Source: Candidatus Hydrogenedentota bacterium
GTDB lineage: Bacteria > Hydrogenedentota > Hydrogenedentia > Hydrogenedentales > SLHB01
Assembly (NCBI GenBank): GCA_963745075.1
Contig: CAVUWV010000028.1
Span: forward strand, 64,001 to 128,000
Length of the DNA stretch: 64,000 bases
Reading direction: 5' to 3'
Position numbers and translations under genes: made by a program. Under the pieces are notes generated by a model. It ran no database searches. It was given only the letters and a program-made list of their open reading frames with translations, and was not told the origin of the DNA. Shown one piece after another: positions 53,905 through 64,000 of this stretch (its first letter is position 1; every line of letters starts with the position of its first letter).

Positions 53905-54275
53905 CGTGAGCAGGCCGGGCGGTCGCGGCGCCCCTCGCGGGCGTCGAGGAAAGTCCGAGCTCCACAGGGCAGGGTGCTTGATAACGCCAAGGCGGGGTGA
54001 CCCGACGGAAAGTGGCACAGAAACCATACCGCCTACGTTCGTCCTTCGGGACGAGCAGGCAAGGGTGAAAAGGTGCGGTAAGAGCGCACCAGCGGTCTGG
54101 CAACAGGCCGGCTGGCTAAACCCCACCCGGAGCAATTCCAAATAGGGGAGCAATGGAGTGGCCCGCTCCGCTCCCGGGTAGGAAGCTCGAGGCGCGCGGC
54201 GACGCGCGTCCCAGACGAATGACCGCCTCGGGGCTTCGGCCCTCAGACAGAATTCGGCTTACAGGCCCGCTCACG
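53905..54275 (+). ncRNA. rnpB: RNase P RNA (class A)
   Basis: GAGGAAAGTCC, CACAGAAA, GGTAAGAGCGCAC, ACAGAATTCGGCTTA conserved regions; P1 pairing CGTGAGC/GCTCACG. Confidence 0.95.
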
Positions 54276-54283
54276 AAAGACTA

Positions 54284-54330
54284 CGCGGCGGTGAGGGTTA
54301 CGCAACCTTCACCGCCGCGCCATTTGTTTT
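54284..54330 (+). terminator. Terminator after rnpB (may also serve the convergent gene)
   Basis: CGCGGCGGTGAGGGTT-ACGC-AACCTTCACCGCCGCG stem followed by a T-rich tract. Confidence 0.7.
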
Positions 54331-54347
54331 ACGCTATTTTGTCAGAC

Positions 54348-56412
54348 CTATTTGCCGATGGGCAGCGGACCCTGGAAGACGCGGAACCCGACGGTCGACA
54401 GCGTGGACGTCGCATCGATTCCCTCTCGACGAGCACTGCGGACATCGTTCGCCACGTCCGCATAGGAGCCGCTGCGTACCAGCCGCTGTACGGGGAGGAC
54501 TCCCTTGGCCGGTACCGGATAGTTGTAGGGTTCTTCGTAGATCCACTCCCACACGTTGCCGCTCATGTCGTAAGCGCCCACCGGGCTCTGGCTGTTGGTG
54601 GTGCCGTTGTTGCCGTCGTAATAGCCCACCGGCGTCGTGAACGGCGGATTGGTCAGGCTGAGCGGATTCGAGTTGTTGTAATTGACCCGGTTCGTGTTGA
54701 TATCCGTGAGCAGCAAGCTGGAAACGAAACCCCAGATATGGTGCACGGGGGTCTGCCCGGAGGTATCCCAGGCCGCCGCGTACTCCCATTCATCCTCGAA
54801 TCCGAGCCGATACCCGTCGTTATCGCCATTGAATTCGACATCCCAGTTGATCAGGTCGTAAATGGGATCAAGGCCTTCGATTTCACTCAGCCAGTTGCAG
54901 AAGGCCAAGGCGCCATACCAGCTCACCTCGACGACCGGCTGTTGCGCCATGGATTGATTGTCACGGCGGGCGATGAAGAATATGTCGTGGGTCCCGTCGT
55001 ACTCGATGTCGCAGTGCTCGGTATCGTTGCCAATGTCTTCGATCTGAATGAGGATTTGGCCGTTCAACTCGGGATTGCCGCCTGGAAACGCCTTGAGCTG
55101 ATTCAGATCGAAATAGCCCTGATCGTTCGCGTAGTTCAACGCGAAGGCGTACTGGCAATTGGTCACTTCAAATTGATCGATACTGACGTTGCCGAGGACG
55201 AATGCATTGGGATCCGGCGGAAGTTCGTTCGCTTCCGGAATGTTGTTATCGATCTCGGTCTGGCTCGGCCCCTTAGTATACGTGTCAAACTCGGAAACGC
55301 CAAGGGAGATCTGATGGGTCTGCGGCTCGGCGGCCGTGATGGTGACCGTGTCAAAATCGCCAAGATTGCTAGTGTCACGCACCTCCAAGCCAAGGACGTA
55401 GTCGCCCGCCAAATCGGGAACGAAGCGTGGGTGCACGACACTGGGATTCGACAACCAAGTGGTATCCACATTGCTACCCATTGGGACCTGGTTGACCGTC
55501 CATGTGTATACGATGTTGCTTCCATCTTCGGGATCGAAGGAACCGGAACCGTCCAACCGTACCTCTTCGTACGTACACACATTCTGGGCAGGACCGGCGT
55601 CAGCGGTTGGATTCTGGTCAAAATCGACCGTAATCGTGACCGTGTCGGGTTCACTGGCGACCTTGACGCCTTCGGGCTGCCCGTCGTCCACGATGAGCTG
55701 TATCACGTAGTCGCCGGTCTGTTGGGCAACAAACGTGGGCATCTCCGCGGTGTCATCCGACAGATCGGGCGCAGGAATGGCAAGTTTTACGCCTTGATTC
55801 ATGCCGGGCCATTCCAGGAAGGTCCATTGGTACGTGATTGGATCGTTGTCAGGGTCGTAGGAGTCACTCCCATCAAGCTGAACCTGGGTACCAAATTGGA
55901 AGCCACGTTCGGTAGTACTCTTGTCGCCAACGAGATAGACCGTCTGGTCAGGGCCCGCATTTGCTACGGGCGGTTGATTTCCAGCTTGAACGCAGATGAA
56001 GTCCCTGCGGGTTAGACTGCCGGTCATTCCATTGGAAAGGACGACGGTGAGCGTGACGTCGTGGCAACCGTCATCGGTGTAGGTGTGGTCGGTATTCTGG
56101 CCGGTCCCGGTGGTGCCATCGCCGAAATCCCAGATCCAACTGATGATCGTGACGGGTTGGGGTTCCTGTTCGGGTGGGCGGAGGATTTCCACCGCCACCG
56201 GGTTCGCCGCGAAATTTCGCAAGCACCAGTGGGGGCGAAACCGATACGTCCCCTTGAAACTGCGCGTAAAGTGGCGCGTGCCCGGATTGGGGTCCTCCGG
56301 TAAACGAGACATGGACGAGTGGACTACCGGGGCATTTCCATCCCACGAGCGCCAACGAAGCCACGGACAAATAACATGCTAACGTTAATGGCCGAAATGA
56401 GCGCACCTTCAT
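54348..56412 (-). CDS. Secreted PKD-repeat protein with C-terminal FGE-sulfatase (SUMF1/CLec-fold) domain (apparent frameshift near 56173)
   Basis: Signal peptide in 56071..56412 frame; WIWDFGDG PKD, two PVANAGPDQ-type repeats, EWEYAA, DMSGNVWEW, GFRV. Confidence 0.8.
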
Positions 56413-56641
56413 ATCCCCTCCGTCTAGCGCCCGCCAAAAAGCGCGCGCGGGTCATTACGCCACATCGGCGTGTGTCCAACGTGTGCAAATGTAAATCGGT
56501 CGATTGAATGAATATCGCCAGAACACGCCGAGGTGTGGCCCTGCATGAAGCCTCAGCGCTTGAGTATTACCATGCACCGGGAGGACCCCGTAAGTCAAGG
56601 GCTGAAAATTCCATAGCGTTGGGCCGGAAGCCCGGCGGCCC

Positions 56642-56670
56642 TTGACCTCCTCCACCCTTTGCAGTAAGAT
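56642..56670 (+). promoter_or_regulatory. Sigma70-type promoter for the outer-membrane barrel gene
   Basis: TTGACC-N17-TAAGAT. Confidence 0.5.
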
Positions 56671-56791
56671 AGCGCCATCGGTTCCGGGGGCAGTTAGCTT
56701 CGTGTCCCCAAGCGGGGAAGTACGTTTCCGTAGATTCAGGGCAAATTGTCGCAGCAGTTAACGAGACCCAAGCGGTGGAGGAGTCGAGACC

Positions 56792-58378
56792 ATGAAAGTG
56801 TGGCGTTTTTTCGGGCTGATGCTCGCGGCCGGCCTGCTCGTAACACCCTGTAGTTTTGCGGAGTTGCAGAACGTTCAAGTGGGTGGTGAACTTCAGATTC
56901 GCGCCATCTATTGGCAAAACGCATTCAACCAGGTGCAGGCGCCGGCCTTCGTACAACCGGAGATCCGGTGGCCATCGTTCTTCATGCCGAAGCGTGCAAT
57001 CGGCGATTTTCTCGGCGGGCAGAATGTGACGAGCTATTGGGATTGGGATTCGCGAGACGCCGACTACAGCGTTGTCGAACAGCGCACCCGGCTCAACGTC
57101 GACGCCGATTTCACCAATGAAGTCAGCGCCTTCATCGAGCTGGAAAGTTACGACGTTTGGGGTGAGGATTTTCGTTCGGATTACGTTACGGGACGCGACA
57201 ACCGTGCCGTCACCAATGACAACGTCGAGGTCTACCAAGCGTACATCGAAGCTAACGATATGTTTGGATTTCCGGTGCGGATGCGCATTGGCCGCCAGGA
57301 ACTTGTGCTGGGCAGCGGCTGGTTGGTCGGCAACAACCAGAACCATCCGGAATTCCCGGGTCTGTCCTTCGACGGCGTTCGGCTGACGTACGCGAGCGAC
57401 CCGTTCACCGTGGATGTCTTCTATACCAAGCTGTTCGAGAATGGCGCGTTTGAACAGGACGGCGACGTGGATTTCGCCGGCGTTTACGCGAGTTACACCG
57501 GACTCGAGGACATTACCCTCGACGCGTACTGGCTGTGGGTCCGCGACGGCCGCTCCCTCAATGACACCAACTTCGTCGCCCCCATCGAGTGGCTGGAGAA
57601 TGCGTTCAACGTGGACGATTACGATGCCACCAGTCTGCATACCGTCGGACTGCGGGCAGCCGGAACGATCGGCGCCCTGGATTTCGATGCCGAGGCCGCC
57701 TACCAATTCGGCGATGCGGACCAAATCGGGTTTCTGTTCAAGCCGTTTGCTTATGGTGACGATGGCGCGGAATTCGACGCCTGGGCCGGGACGCTGGAAT
57801 TGGGCTATACGCTCGATATCGCCTGGCAGCCGCGGCTTTATGTGGGCGGAGCATACTTTGAGGGGGAAGATAACCGCGACCTGACTTTCGGGGAGTGGTT
57901 GAATCCCTTCTACCGGCCCGAGGCCAGCGTGAGCTTCAACCGCTTGTTCTCCGACCAGGTTTATAGCCACTTTATTGATGAGATCAGCGAACTTTCCAAT
58001 TTCTGGACCGTCTACGGCGGCGCCAGCGTACAACCCACTGAAAGCGTCGAACTCGGCCTCAAAGTGAGCTATCTCCAGGCGTTGGAAACCTTCGATCAGC
58101 CCTATTTCGTAAGTGTGGGCGCGTTCAAGGTGCCCCTGGCCCCGGCCCTCAGTTTCTGGACCAAGGGCACTGACGATGAATTGGGCATCGAGACGGGTTT
58201 GTGGGCCCGCTATCACTACAGCGAAGATCTGGTCTTCGAACTGGGCTGGTCTCACCTGTTCACCGGCGACGGCTTGGCCGACGGGAACTACAACGACTAC
58301 AACGGCCTTCTCTTCAACGGCGGCACCGACGACGAGGACGCCGACTACGTGTATTTCGATACCAAGCTCTGTTTCTGA
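56792..58378 (+). CDS. Alginate export (AlgE-like) family outer-membrane beta-barrel protein
   Basis: Signal peptide; QRTRLNV, YQAYIE, RIGRQEL, FDGVRL; C-terminal Phe; GGAGGAG RBS. Confidence 0.82.
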   Translation: MKVWRFFGLMLAAGLLVTPCSFAELQNVQVGGELQIRAIYWQNAFNQVQAPAFVQPEIRWPSFFMPKRAIGDFLGGQNVTSYWDWDSRDADYSVVEQRTRLNVDADFTNEVSAFIELESYDVWGEDFRSDYVTGRDNRAVTNDNVEVYQAYIEANDMFGFPVRMRIGRQELVLGSGWLVGNNQNHPEFPGLSFDGVRLTYASDPFTVDVFYTKLFENGAFEQDGDVDFAGVYASYTGLEDITLDAYWLWVRDGRSLNDTNFVAPIEWLENAFNVDDYDATSLHTVGLRAAGTIGALDFDAEAAYQFGDADQIGFLFKPFAYGDDGAEFDAWAGTLELGYTLDIAWQPRLYVGGAYFEGEDNRDLTFGEWLNPFYRPEASVSFNRLFSDQVYSHFIDEISELSNFWTVYGGASVQPTESVELGLKVSYLQALETFDQPYFVSVGAFKVPLAPALSFWTKGTDDELGIETGLWARYHYSEDLVFELGWSHLFTGDGLADGNYNDYNGLLFNGGTDDEDADYVYFDTKLCF

Positions 58379-58401
58379 GTCATTCTGTATCTGGATCAAT
58401 G

Positions 58402-58442
58402 ACGCCCCGGCTCCGTGGTATATGTAGCCGGGGCGTTTCTTT
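58402..58442 (+). terminator. Intrinsic terminator
   Basis: ACGCCCCGGCT...AGCCGGGGCGT followed by TTCTTT. Confidence 0.7.
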
Positions 58443-58535
58443 GCGACAACGTTTCTATCGACCGTCCCAATATATTGTGGGGTTATCGTTTCGGCGTGTA
58501 AAATAAATGCAGTCGTAGGGAACTGAGGTTTAGTC

Positions 58536-58829
58536 ATGGCACGACCAGTCGCGGAGATTGAAGAAGACATACGCGCGCTATCGGCTGACGAAAAGCACGA
58601 GTTGCTGCGAACACTCATCGAGGAACTCGATACACCCGCCGATTCAAATGTCGAGGAAGCGTGGCTTGAAGAATCGCAGCGGCGGTATCGCGAAATCCTT
58701 GATGGCGGTAACGCTGGCAACTGGGATTACGAAAAGGCGCGACAGATCGTGGACCTCGCGAATCAGTCTGTGTGGCGTACAGTTCAAGAGAAAGAGAATC
58801 AAAGACTCAGCGTCGACAAACCTTGTTGA
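58536..58829 (+). CDS. Addiction-module antitoxin component (TIGR02574-like) with atypical C-terminus
   Basis: IRALSADEKHELL...VEEAWLEESQRRYREILDG; GAGG RBS; no RelE/ParE partner follows. Confidence 0.65.
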   Translation: MARPVAEIEEDIRALSADEKHELLRTLIEELDTPADSNVEEAWLEESQRRYREILDGGNAGNWDYEKARQIVDLANQSVWRTVQEKENQRLSVDKPC

Positions 58830-59038
58830 CGGTTTCGTCAAGTTTGCTATGCTGAATGCGCTTCGAACAGTCGCATGATTAAGTCCGACACTTTCCCGGT
58901 CGTGATCGAGTGGATTTACGTTTCGCTTAAAGGACGGTGCGGACAGAAACCGGCGGTTTGAAATTTAGACGCCGGGACGTTTTTGGTTAGAAGTAGTGGA
59001 TCGGCGTAATTGGCAAAAGTGGAATCAAGAGGTGCCGG

Positions 59039-59323
59039 ATGGCTTTGCAGTTTGACTGGGATCCGAAGAAGGCGCGCCGGAACGTGGACCGACATGGTGT
59101 ATCCTTTGACGAGGCCAGCACCGCGTTCCGGGATACGATGTCGATTACGATACCCGATCCCACACACTCGGAGACGGAGGAAAGGTTAGTCTTGCTTGGG
59201 TACTCGTATCGTAATAGACTAATCGTAGTTGTCCACACGGATCGCGAAGACCGAATCCGCATTATTAGTGCCAGGCCGGCGACCAGAAGGGAAAGAATTC
59301 GCTATGAAGAAAGCGAGAAATGA
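59039..59323 (+). CDS. brnT: BrnT family toxin
   Basis: FDWDPKKARRNVDRHGVSFDEA...RIRIISARPATRRE. Confidence 0.88.
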   Translation: MALQFDWDPKKARRNVDRHGVSFDEASTAFRDTMSITIPDPTHSETEERLVLLGYSYRNRLIVVVHTDREDRIRIISARPATRRERIRYEESEK

Positions 59324-59549
59324 CCCGGACATGCTCGATGAATATGACTTCAGTGGGGGCGTCCGCGGCAAGTACGCTAAACGATATGCTGAGGGCGCCA
59401 ATGTAGCCGTCATTGCTCCCGATGTCGCGGAGTACTTCCCAGACGAAGAGTCTGTAAACGAAGCCCTTCGCAGCATTGCGGCGATCATTGAGCGGCAACA
59501 GAAATCCAAGGCAACATCCGGGCGAGGAAAGGCGAACGCGCGACGGTAA
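59304..59549 (+). CDS. BrnA-like antitoxin
   Basis: DMLDEYDFSGGVRGKY...PDVAEYFPDEESVNEALR; overlaps brnT end. Confidence 0.8.
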   Translation: MKKARNDPDMLDEYDFSGGVRGKYAKRYAEGANVAVIAPDVAEYFPDEESVNEALRSIAAIIERQQKSKATSGRGKANARR

Positions 59550-59594
59550 GTCGCGACGCCTTCTTCATCTTCGCGAAGCATTCGAAATGAAAAC

Positions 59595-59633
59595 AACAAG
59601 GCCCTGCCAGCGAGAAGCTTGCGGGGCCTTGTT
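59595..59633. terminator. Hairpin between the convergent antitoxin and clpB genes
   Basis: AACAAGGCCCTGC...GCGGGGCCTTGTT. Confidence 0.6.
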
Positions 59634-59635
59634 CG

Positions 59636-62234
59636 TTACGCCGCTTCCGACACCTTCGTCTTGAACACCAGCGCGCCTTCCTTCGCTTCCGCAACGACGG
59701 TGCTGCCTTCGGTCACTTTGCCTTGGAGGATTTCCATGGCGAGGGGGTCGAGGATCATCCGTTGGATGGCGCGTTTCAGCGGTCGGGCGCCGTAGTTCGG
59801 ATCGTAGCCGCGTTCGGCGAGCAGGTCGCGGGCGGTGTCAGTCAGTTCGACGGTAATCCGCTTTTCCGCGAGCCGTTTGGCCAGGCGTTTCAACTGGACG
59901 TCGACGATGCCGCGGATGTGTTCCTTCTTGAGCGGGTGGAACACGACGATGTCGTCGATCCGGTTGACGAATTCGGGCCGGAAGGCTTTGCGAAGGGCGC
60001 TCAGCACCTCTTCGACCTTCTCTTCTTCGGTGCCGCTCGCGCGTTGGAACACCTCGCTGCCGAGGTTCGAACGTCATGATGACGACGGTATTTTTGAAGT
60101 CCACCGTGCGGCCCTGGCTGTCCGTAATGCGGCCGTCGTCGAGCAGTTGCAGTAGAACGTTAAACACGTCCGGGTGCGCCTTTTCGATCTCGTCGAACAG
60201 GACAACACTGTAGGGTCGCCTGCGGACGGCTTCGGTCAATTGGCCGCCTTCGTCATAGCCGACGTATCCGGGCGGCGCGCCGATGAGCCGCGACACGGCG
60301 AACTTCTCCATGTATTCGCTCATGTCGATGCGGACCATGGCGTTTTCGTCGTCGAACAGCAGTTCGGCGAGAGTGCGCGCCAGCTCGGTCTTACCGACAC
60401 CGGTCGGCCCGAGGAAAATGAATGAACCGATGGGCCGCTCCGGTTCCTTGAGGCCGGCACGGGCACGGCGCACGGCATCGGACACCACGCGGATGCCCTC
60501 TTCCTGGCCGATGACCCGTTCGCTGAGACGTTCTTCCATCTTGAGCAGGCGTTCCATCTCCCCTTCCATCATCTTGGTGACGGGGATGCCAGTCCAGTTC
60601 GAGACGATGTTCGCGATGTGCTCGTCGGTCACTTCCTCTTTGAGGAAACTGCCGTTCTTCTGGATCTTGGTGAGACGTTGTTCGAGTTCACCGGACTTTT
60701 TCTGCAGTTCGGTGATCGTGCCGTAACGGATTTGGGCGACCTTGTCCAGTTCACCCGCACGTTCGGCGATTTCTTCCTGCCGTTTCGCTTCGTCGATCTC
60801 TTCCTTGACCTTGCGGATGGCGTCGATGGCCTCTTTCTCGTGTTGCCACTGCGCCTTCTTCGCGTTGACTTCTTCGCGAAGGTTGGCCAGTTCGCGTTCG
60901 ATGCCTTCCCGCTGTTCGCGGCCGGCCTTGTCCGTTTCCTTCTTGAGGGCCAAATGTTCGATTTCGAGCTGGCGGATTCGCCGGTCCAGCACGTCGATCT
61001 CGTAGGGCATGCTGTCGATCTCGATGCGCAACCGCGAAGCGGCTTCGTCGACCAAGTCGATAGCCTTGTCTGGCAGGAACCGGTCGGAGATGTAGCGGTC
61101 GCTCAGCGCCGCTGCAGCGATGAGGGCGCTGTCCTGAATGCGCACGCCGTGATGGACTTCGTAACGCTCCTTTAGTCCACGCAGAATCGCGATGGTGTTC
61201 TCGACATCCGGTTCGCTTGCGAATACGGGTTGGAACCGGCGCTCGAGAGCCGCGTCTTTTTCGACGTGCTTGCGGTACTCGTCCAGTGTTGTCGCGCCGA
61301 TGCAGTGCAACTCGCCGCGCGCCAATGCCGGCTTCAGCATGTTGGACGCGTCCATCGCCCCCTCGGCCGAACCCGCGCCAACAAGCGTATGCAACTCGTC
61401 GATGAAAAGGATGACGTCGCCTTCCGCTTCCTCGACGGAACGGAGCACGGCCTTCAGCCGATCCTCGAACTCCCCGCGGAACTTCGATCCCGCGATCAGC
61501 GCGCCGAGGTCCAACTGAGCTACCCGCTTGTTCTTCAACCCCTCCGGCACGTCGCCCGCAACGATGCGCTGGGCGAGCCCTTCGACAATGGCGGTCTTCC
61601 CCACGCCGGGTTCACCGATAAGCACGGGGTTATTCTTCGTGCGGCGGGACAAGACCTGTATGACGCGGCGAATCTCTTCGTCGCGCCCGATGACGGGGTC
61701 CAGTTTACCCGCACGGGCAAGTTGGGTCAGGTCGCGGCTGTATTTTTGCAGGGCTTCGTAGGTGTCTTCCGCATTTGGATCGGTGACCCGCTGGGAACCC
61801 CGCACTTCTTTCAAGGCATGCAGCACAGAGTCCGGGGTCACGCCCGCGTGCTTCAATACCTCCGCCGCCGGGTCACTACGCAGTTCGAGCAGGCCGATCA
61901 GGATATGCTCGGTGCTGAGATACTCGTCCTTAAGCTTCTGGGCGACTTTCCAGCCGGCGTTCAGTACCTGCTGCGCTTGGTTTCCGAGGCCGGGTTGTCC
62001 CCCACTACCGGAAACGTGCGGCAGTCCCTTGATCCGCTCCTGGACCTGGGCGCGCAGGCCTTCCACGTGCACGCCGACCCGCTGCAGGATAGACGATACC
62101 ACGCCGCGCTCCTGCCCGAGCAACGCATCAAGCAAGTGTAACGTGGTGATTTCCGGATTGCCCCGGTCGGATGCGGTATCCATCGCCTCCGACAAGGCTT
62201 CCTGCGCTTTGATAGTCAATTTATCCAATCTCAT
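59636..62234 (-). CDS. clpB: ATP-dependent chaperone ClpB (apparent frameshift near 60071)
   Basis: [20 protein letters not shown], long coiled-coil M domain, [17 protein letters not shown]; removing one T restores IMTSNLG and joins [10 protein letters not shown]...YGARPLKR. Confidence 0.93.
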
Positions 62235-62277
62235 TGCTGAGTCCTCCTCTCAAACAGTATAGGTCGGTTTAGGATAG

Positions 62278-62293
62278 GCAAGGGACGTGCCAA
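62278..62293 (-). promoter_or_regulatory. Sigma54 (-24/-12) promoter of clpB
   Basis: Minus strand TTGGCACGTCCCTTGC, an exact match to TGGCACG-N4-TTGC. Confidence 0.75.
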
Positions 62294-62397
62294 GGGAAGG
62301 TCGTTGGCTTACAGGGACTTACACGGACGGACAGGGACGTTGGGGGGCTGGGCTGTTGCATTACGAAGCATCGACGTGCGGGATTGGAACACGTTGA

Positions 62398-63329
62398 CTA
62401 GTCGTACTTTAGGCCGGTGTCGCACAGAATCGTCGCGATTACGGGAGCCGCACCGGTGAGGCCGCTCTTCGCCAGCTTGACGGCCGCGCAGACGTTGGCG
62501 CCGGCGGAGTACCCCACGTGGAGTCCTTCCTTGTGGGCGAGATCCCGGCGGTAGGTGGCCGCCTCCTCGCTGCTCACGGCGAGATAGTGGTCCACCAATT
62601 CGGGCCGCCAGTGCGGGACCTTCATGCCGTAGCCGATGCCCTGCATGTTATGCGCCGGGTTGGTGATCTCTTTCCCGGCAAGGATCTCGGCCCCTTCCGG
62701 TTCCACGGCAGCACAGACTATCTTCGGGTTCTTCAGTTTCAGGAATTGGCTGGTGCCCACAAAGGTCCCGCCCGTGCCCACTGCGGCCACGAAGGCCGTG
62801 ACCGCGCGGCCCAGATCGGCCCAGATCTCCGGTCCTGTGCCGCGCATGTGGGCGACGATTCCGGAAGAATTGTTGAACTGGTCGACATAGAACGCGCGGG
62901 TCTCCAACGCAATGGCCTTGGCCTTTTCCGTGGCCGCTGCGATGTCCTGGCCGGTAACGTGGCCGGGCGTGCCGTCGATTTGCGGGGTCAACACGACCTC
63001 CGCCCCCGAGCGCCGAGAGCATGCGGGCGCGGTTAGGGCTGTTGCCCTCCGACATCACTGCGGTGAACGGGATTGCCATATGCGTTGCAGACTACGGCGA
63101 GGCCCGCGCCCATGTTGCCGCTGGTCATTTCGACGACGGGCTGGCCCTTGACCAGCGCTCCGGATTCGTAGGCGTCTCTGATGATTTGGAGCGCGGCGCG
63201 GTCTTTCACGCTGCCGCCCGGTTGGAGGAACTCCGCCTTCGCGTAGATCTTGCCGGGCCCGGGGTGGATGCGGCGGAGTTCTACAAGTGGCGTGTTGCCG
63301 ATGAGGTCCAGACAGCTCTTCCGGATCAT
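62398..63329 (-). CDS. Cysteine synthase family PLP enzyme (apparent frameshifts near 63070 and 63006)
   Basis: IGNTPLV, QPGGSVKDRAA, TSGNMG, VGTGGT, MQGIG, LCDTGLKY across three frames. Confidence 0.85.
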
Positions 63330-63407
63330 GTGGAGTCCCCTGATTAAGCACGATCCTTGGTACTGTCCACTACGATAACGGATCTGCGTTCGGAACGCGA
63401 CAGAAGA

Positions 63408-63576
63408 ACATCCCCCTTGATCCCCCTTCAAAGGGGGAAGTGCGAAGCGCCCTGTCTTGGGTGCAGACGATACTCGGCGAAGTATCTCAAGGTCCATGAT
63501 GGACTTGCCGCACCGCAAAGCGATCGCGAATTTTCCCCCTTTGAAGGGGGCAGACGCGAAGCGTTGAGGGGGATGT
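63408..63576. repeat. REP-doublet/MITE-like element, copy 4
   Basis: ACATCCCCCTTGATCCCCCTTCAAAGGGGGAA ... TTCCCCCTTTGAAGGGGGCAGACGCGAAGCGTTGAGGGGGATGT. Confidence 0.88.
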
Positions 63577-63622
63577 TATGTCTTCAACGGAGAATCAGGT
63601 CGCGGCCGGGTACGGCTGACGC

Positions 63623-64000
63623 CTAATCCTCGTAGATCATCTTGATGGTCATGCCGCCGTCTACGACGAGGTTCTGGCCGGTGATGAACCCGGCCCTCTT
63701 GGGATCGGCGAGGAACAGGCAGGCTTCGGCGATGTCTTCGGGGCGGCCGACACGCCCGACCGGATGCTGAGCGTGGTCGCGTTCGGAAAGTTGGGCAGGA
63801 TTGCGGGCGGATTCCTTCTTCCAATCGGTCACGTCGATCCAGCCGGGGCTGATGCAATTCACCCGGATGCCTTTGGGACCCAGCGTAACGGCGAGGGAGT
63901 GCGTCAAGGCCACGACGCCGCCCTTGGACGCGGAGTAGGGTTCGGTGTCGGCGTGCGACATGAACGCGCGGGTGGAAGCGATGTTCACGATGGCGCTGCC
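63623..64000 (-). CDS. SDR family oxidoreductase, C-terminal part (truncated by window end)
   Basis: NIAS, YSASKGG (YxxxK), [19 protein letters not shown]. Confidence 0.9.
   Translation of the reverse strand, partial: GSAIVNIASTRAFMSHADTEPYSASKGGVVALTHSLAVTLGPKGIRVNCISPGWIDVTDWKKESARNPAQLSERDHAQHPVGRVGRPEDIAEACLFLADPKRAGFITGQNLVVDGGMTIKMIYED

Noticed and set aside
54348..54500. Diversity-generating retroelement targeting the FGE-sulfatase domain
   Set aside because: No template repeat, reverse transcriptase or Avd gene in the window
56671..56791. c-di-GMP-I riboswitch suggested by GGGCAAA in the leader
   Set aside because: The paired GNRA tetraloop, receptor and second stem were not found
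54153..58720. Long ORFs 54153..56015 (+) and 56567..58720 (-), and similar ones such as 29019..30392
   Set aside because: Antisense shadows of well-supported genes, expected at high GC; the first also overlaps rnpB
9357..63576. Conserved repeat units with variable spacers read as a CRISPR array
   Set aside because: Units occur as dispersed inverted pairs, not tandem direct repeats with regular spacers, and no cas gene is present

Overview
GC-rich chromosomal window from a diderm bacterium. The PEP-CTERM protein, alginate-export beta-barrel, PKD/FGE-sulfatase protein, planctomycete-type cytochrome c and DUF1080 protein are compatible with a Hydrogenedentota/PVC-like lineage (inference only). 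Most content is housekeeping: pyrK (partial), bcp, cysK-metY-metX-metW-rfbA, a tRNA-Leu, hisH-hisF, ROK kinase, gltX, glnS, folK-panB-panC-panD, mprF, uvrA, uup, yajQ, rnpB, clpB and a second cysteine synthase. Glycan and envelope genes and a small toxin-antitoxin patch lie between these. No CRISPR array, transposase, integrase, reverse transcriptase or prophage gene was recognised. Most notable observations: (1) an intact tRNA-Leu with the A34 anticodon AAG, rare in bacteria; (2) a DoxX membrane domain fused to an aldo/keto-reductase-like domain through an internal twin-arginine segment, next to a DUF1080 gene; (3) four copies of a polar 157-174 bp REP-doublet/MITE-like element, each between co-oriented genes; (4) two sigma54-type promoters (a Cys-rich PEP-CTERM gene and clpB) that share a 15-bp upstream motif. 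About a dozen frameshifts at short homopolymers (glnS, uvrA, clpB and others) look like sequencing errors. All family calls come from motif recognition by eye, not database searches.
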